Below, piece by piece: positions 60,284 to 64,000 of a stretch of 64,000 nt of DNA. The position numbers and the translations under genes are program-made. Location: the NCBI GenBank assembly GCA_965223845.1, contig CBDCXR010000004.1:256001-320000 (forward strand), given 5' to 3'. Under the pieces are notes generated by a model, which was not told where the DNA came from, did no database searches, and was given only the letters and a program-made list of their open reading frames with translations. The stretch's first letter is position 1, and each line of letters opens with the position of its first letter. Origin of the DNA: Planctomycetota bacterium (GTDB taxonomy: Bacteria; Planctomycetota; UBA8108; SXIK01).

Positions 60284-61387
60284 TCACCTTCGGCTGGACG
60301 ATTCTCTCCTCGTCTTCACCCACGCCTCGTAGAGCTTGAGGACGTCCTCGCGGCTCGTGAAGGGGGCGATCACGAGCCGGGCGCGATAGCTGTACTTCTT
60401 TCCCTTGACCGGTTCACGAATGACAAACTGCCAGTCCCAAGCGGGGCGGTGTGGATCGGCCTTGCCTTCCGCATTCTTCACAAAGTTCCACATGGCGAAG
60501 CGAATGGTCGATTTCTGATCGAACATCATGACGTAGGCCAGCGGATCCTTTTTCGTTTCGAGGTCGTGGTCACCGTCGAGGATGCCGTAGTAGAACGGTT
60601 TTAGAAACTGCTTCGAGGGATGCTCGATGATGTTGAGGGTTTGGCTCCCCTTCTCGTAGGGCAAGGGACTCGTTCCCTGGTACGAAACCGTTCCGGTTTC
60701 GAATCCACTCTCTCGATCTTCCCCGAAGGCGACCCAACCCTCGCGATCGCCGTCGAGGCCGTAGAAGTGGATTCTCCGATCCCGGGCGCACGCCATGTAG
60801 CTCGCCCACATGAACGCCGCATATCCCTTCCCGAAGCGATCCTGGGTCGGCGTCGCCTCGAATTCGATGTCGATGGAGTTTCGCCCCGACAGGGCGTAAG
60901 TCATCCGGCACTCCATCCCCCAAGACGAGTGTTTGGCCGGCCAATGAAGCGAAACGGACTTGGGGGAAACCTGGACCAGTTCCACTCGATCGCGACGCGG
61001 CGTGAACATGGAGATCGATCTGTCCGCCGCGACGCCACTAAAAATGTGTTCGAAATTGAGTCCCGTCGCCGCGGTCGAAAAGATCGGCTTCCCCGGATAG
61101 GGCCGGTAGACGAGTGGGTTGAACCCGCTTTCCGAGCGACCCGCGTTCGCGACGTTATCGAGCACGCGGCCCAAGAGGGAATCGCTCTCGACGTATCCGA
61201 TCTTGCCGCCGGTGCCGACGGGCATCAGTGGCATCCCGAATCGGGCGCTAGGGCGCTTCTCTTCGTCAGAGCCACTCGCTATCTGGACGACTAAGAAGAG
61301 GGCGAGGAGCGCGCTCCAGCGAACGGCTCGGGTCCGGGATCGAGCTAGCCGCGCAACTAACGGTGAGGATCGGCTGAATCCGCTCAT
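60284..61387 (-). CDS. Secreted hypothetical protein, possibly galactose-mutarotase-like beta-sandwich
   Basis: Signal-like segment; GLNFEHIFSG, FMWASYM and PAWDWQF motifs; fold guessed from the beta-rich pattern. Confidence 0.65.
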   Translation of the reverse strand: MSGFSRSSPLVARLARSRTRAVRWSALLALFLVVQIASGSDEEKRPSARFGMPLMPVGTGGKIGYVESDSLLGRVLDNVANAGRSESGFNPLVYRPYPGKPIFSTAATGLNFEHIFSGVAADRSISMFTPRRDRVELVQVSPKSVSLHWPAKHSSWGMECRMTYALSGRNSIDIEFEATPTQDRFGKGYAAFMWASYMACARDRRIHFYGLDGDREGWVAFGEDRESGFETGTVSYQGTSPLPYEKGSQTLNIIEHPSKQFLKPFYYGILDGDHDLETKKDPLAYVMMFDQKSTIRFAMWNFVKNAEGKADPHRPAWDWQFVIREPVKGKKYSYRARLVIAPFTSREDVLKLYEAWVKTRRESSSRR

Positions 61388-61436
61388 ACGGCCCCTCGTT
61401 CGAATTCGAAAGCCACGGAGAGGATCCGCGGTCGGG

Positions 61437-63770
61437 CTACATAGGGCAGACAAACTCCCAGCAGCCCAGATTACCCTCTTCGCCCGCACGCTCTACGTCT
61501 TGTCCGCAAATCGGATACGGCGTGTGCGGAGGTGCTCCGCTCCCGAAGAGATAATTGAGCAATCGAATCGGGTCGGTGATCGAAATCCCCCCGCTGTTGT
61601 CGACGTCGAGCGGGTTCGGGCACTGCGGGATCGGGAGATCGCCCCCGAAGAGATAGGTGAGCGTCGCGATCGCGTCCGCGATGTTCACCGATCCGTCCTG
61701 GTTGCTGTCCCCGCGGATGAACGGTGTGTCGGTGAACAGCTTGCCGATGGTGGCGGTGTAGATCTCGTCCGCTCCCGGGGAGCCGTTCGTGGGGTCGAGA
61801 TCTCCGCCGAGGTGGGGGAGGTCGTCGAGGAGAAGAAGAACTTCCGGAAGGGCGTCGATCCCGAAGAACGTGAGTCTCTCCTCATCGACCGAGCGCCTCG
61901 CGGCGAGCAGCAAGAACGTGAGGCTGACCGCCCGGTTCACGCCGGGGGCGTCGGGTCCCTCGTCGAACGCTTGAAACAGTCGCCAGAGGAGATCGCCGAC
62001 GATCTCACGGTCCCGGTCTCGGAGGCCGGTCGTTTCGTCGAGGCAGAAGGCTGCTGCGTGGGGCGCAGCCGCCGGCGCGCCGACGCCGGCCGTCGCTTCG
62101 TATCCGACGCGGCAGTCGCGGTTCGTCATCGCGATCAGCGCGTCGCAGATTCCCTCGAACAGCCAGCGGAACCCGAGCCGCGTTTGACTTCTTTGTGAGA
62201 GATTCGCGACGAGATAGTGAGCGAACTCGTGCTGGAAGACAGTGGGAACCACATTCCAGCGTGGTAAGCCGTTGGGCCGGCCGTCGAGGTTGTAGACCAC
62301 CGACGATTGAATGGTCGAACAGCCGGTATTGGCGGGTTCGTAGCTTTGATACGCAATCAGGTGCTGCGGCCGTATCGTCAGACACTGGAACGGCAAGAAA
62401 GGATCGCGTTCGAGAAGATTCGCTTCGAGAGCCCGGCGCGCGAACGTGAGCATGTCGGCGGCGTGTTTGTAGGTCTGAACGCTCCAGCGAAAGAGGGCTC
62501 GTTCCTCCGGCTCTTGTGAATCGATGAGTTCCGGGTCGACTAGAAACGAGAACGGTTCGTTCGGATTCTGCCGGAGCATCGCGTCTGGAACGCCGTCCTG
62601 GTTGGCGTCGAATTCGATCGGGAGGTTGGGTTCGAAGCCAAACTCGCGAAACTCGGGCCGGATCGAAAAGATCGCGCCGTTTTCGTCGCGCCCGTATCGT
62701 TCTGGTACGACGTGCTCGAGTGAGGCGAGAAGGCGAACGCGACCTTCGGCGTCGATGTGTTCCTCCGCGATCGTTCCTTCAAACGTGCCGTCCGGCTCGG
62801 TGGTCGCGATCAACTCGCCGGCGAATTCGCGGATCGAGCATCCGTCGAGGGGGACTTCCGTCAGTCGGGCGGCGAACGGTGACGTGTGGAGGTTCTCCGC
62901 CGAGGGGATGGCTCCGTGCGCGGATCCGCTCACGTCGCCCTCGAAGAAGAAGACATCGCGCCGACGAGCGAGGAGCGCGCCGTCGTCCGCCGCGCGGATG
63001 TTCTCGCACGGAGATTCTGCTGAAGTTTCGACCTGAAGACTCCAGATGAATTCTGGCTTCGCGTCCGGGTCGAACCCGAGATAGAGCTTGGCGCCCGTCA
63101 CGCTTCGTCCTTCCGCCTCCTCGATACTCGTGACGTGGGTCGCGGGGACGAGAGCTCCGCTGAGAACCTCGAGATCCTTTGCGCGCACGAGGTGGGCATT
63201 CAGCCAGTAGAGCCTTCCGTCCGGAGCGAGCACAACTCGGAGCGACGCGCCCCGGACGGGGATCCGACCGTCACCGCCGCTCGGGTGAGGCACTGCTTGA
63301 CCGAATAGGAAAACACGAAGCTGAGCGACGGAATAGACGTACGGTTCGGTGAGAGCCGACGAAGAAACTCCGAAGAATTCGGAGTGCTCGTCGACGAACG
63401 CGCGGATCGCCTCCTCTGCATGCGCCGAGTCGGGATCGTCGTCGGTCAGTGGCGGCGCAATGGGTGCGCTCGCCGTCGGTAAGACGAATTGAGGGGTCTC
63501 GAGCTCGGCGTCCCAGAACACCCTCCACTCATACCCTTCGCGCTGCCAAAACTGGCCGACGGGCGCGGGCACGCTCGCGCCGAACCGGTACGCCTCGCGC
63601 GCGTCCCCGATCGGAATGCTCCAGTCGTGCCCGTTGATCTCGACGGGCGCGGGGTCCGTCGGAACCTCGCTCTCTCGCTCGCCATCCGCTGCGAGCGCCG
63701 CTTGCGAAGAAGTCGCGAGCGACGCCGCGAGGAGCCCCATGACGATCAAGTGGTACCGAGAAGCGTCCAT
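61437..63770 (-). CDS. Secreted zinc metallopeptidase (M4/M36-like) with C-terminal dockerin-like domain
   Basis: Signal peptide, FTP-like propeptide, VFQHEFAH plus EGICD gluzincin motifs, and FIRGDSNQDGSVNIADAI...DVDNSGGISITDPI. Confidence 0.8.
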   Translation of the reverse strand: MDASRYHLIVMGLLAASLATSSQAALAADGERESEVPTDPAPVEINGHDWSIPIGDAREAYRFGASVPAPVGQFWQREGYEWRVFWDAELETPQFVLPTASAPIAPPLTDDDPDSAHAEEAIRAFVDEHSEFFGVSSSALTEPYVYSVAQLRVFLFGQAVPHPSGGDGRIPVRGASLRVVLAPDGRLYWLNAHLVRAKDLEVLSGALVPATHVTSIEEAEGRSVTGAKLYLGFDPDAKPEFIWSLQVETSAESPCENIRAADDGALLARRRDVFFFEGDVSGSAHGAIPSAENLHTSPFAARLTEVPLDGCSIREFAGELIATTEPDGTFEGTIAEEHIDAEGRVRLLASLEHVVPERYGRDENGAIFSIRPEFREFGFEPNLPIEFDANQDGVPDAMLRQNPNEPFSFLVDPELIDSQEPEERALFRWSVQTYKHAADMLTFARRALEANLLERDPFLPFQCLTIRPQHLIAYQSYEPANTGCSTIQSSVVYNLDGRPNGLPRWNVVPTVFQHEFAHYLVANLSQRSQTRLGFRWLFEGICDALIAMTNRDCRVGYEATAGVGAPAAAPHAAAFCLDETTGLRDRDREIVGDLLWRLFQAFDEGPDAPGVNRAVSLTFLLLAARRSVDEERLTFFGIDALPEVLLLLDDLPHLGGDLDPTNGSPGADEIYTATIGKLFTDTPFIRGDSNQDGSVNIADAIATLTYLFGGDLPIPQCPNPLDVDNSGGISITDPIRLLNYLFGSGAPPHTPYPICGQDVERAGEEGNLGCWEFVCPM

Positions 63771-64000
63771 CCTCGATCCTCCTCGTCTCCTGTGCGTAGC
63801 GCAGAAAGTGCAGAGGCACGGTATTGAGCGAGTTAAGTTTTGTCAATATTGTTCCTGGGAGAAGGTGGGCGCGGCGCGCGATTCGGAGTATGGTGGCGCC
63901 TGGAGATCGTTCGTAGCAGCGGGGCGCGTCATCGTCGACTCAAGGTGAGAGAGCTCAGCATGATTCGCGCGCGACGGAATCCTATCGGGGCTTGGCTCGT

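Overview
GC-rich bacterial chromosome segment, most likely Planctomycetota (inferred from DUF1501, a 'FIRGD' dockerin-like C-terminal domain, a CxxC-bearing LepB and a divergent second DnaA). Positions 1-38.2 kb are mostly core genes: coaE (partial), tatC, dnaA-like, an OmpA-family gene, rsmA, dnaG, rpoD, a C4 zinc-ribbon protein, RNase P RNA, TonB/TBDR, lptB, lepB, rdgB, rph, a PPIase, scpB, tRNA-Arg(ACG), an SPFH gene and tRNA-Ser(TGA). This part also holds a 165-bp tandem multi-hairpin array at 12.1-12.9 kb. From tRNA-Ser onward there are two tandem, decayed genomic islands, delimited by an exact (51.5 kb) and a degenerate (60.0 kb) copy of the tRNA 3' half. Island 1 carries an ATPase-less OLD-like TOPRIM protein, a 5'-truncated tyrosine integrase, a 5'-truncated PA14 protein, a signal-peptide Rhs toxin with a lipoprotein immunity candidate, and a Y1/RAYT-like transposase remnant. 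Island 2 repeats the arrangement (probable toxin tip, immunity-like gene, hairpin ends, same transposase remnant). It adds an IS66 scrap, beta-propeller and DUF1501 genes, an antistasin plus 10x Kazal inhibitor, and a truncated doc. The most intriguing signal is the repeated toxin/immunity plus HUH-transposase-end module, where a hairpin mini-array holds an exact 34-bp copy of the neighbouring gene. All family assignments are from motif recognition, not database searches.
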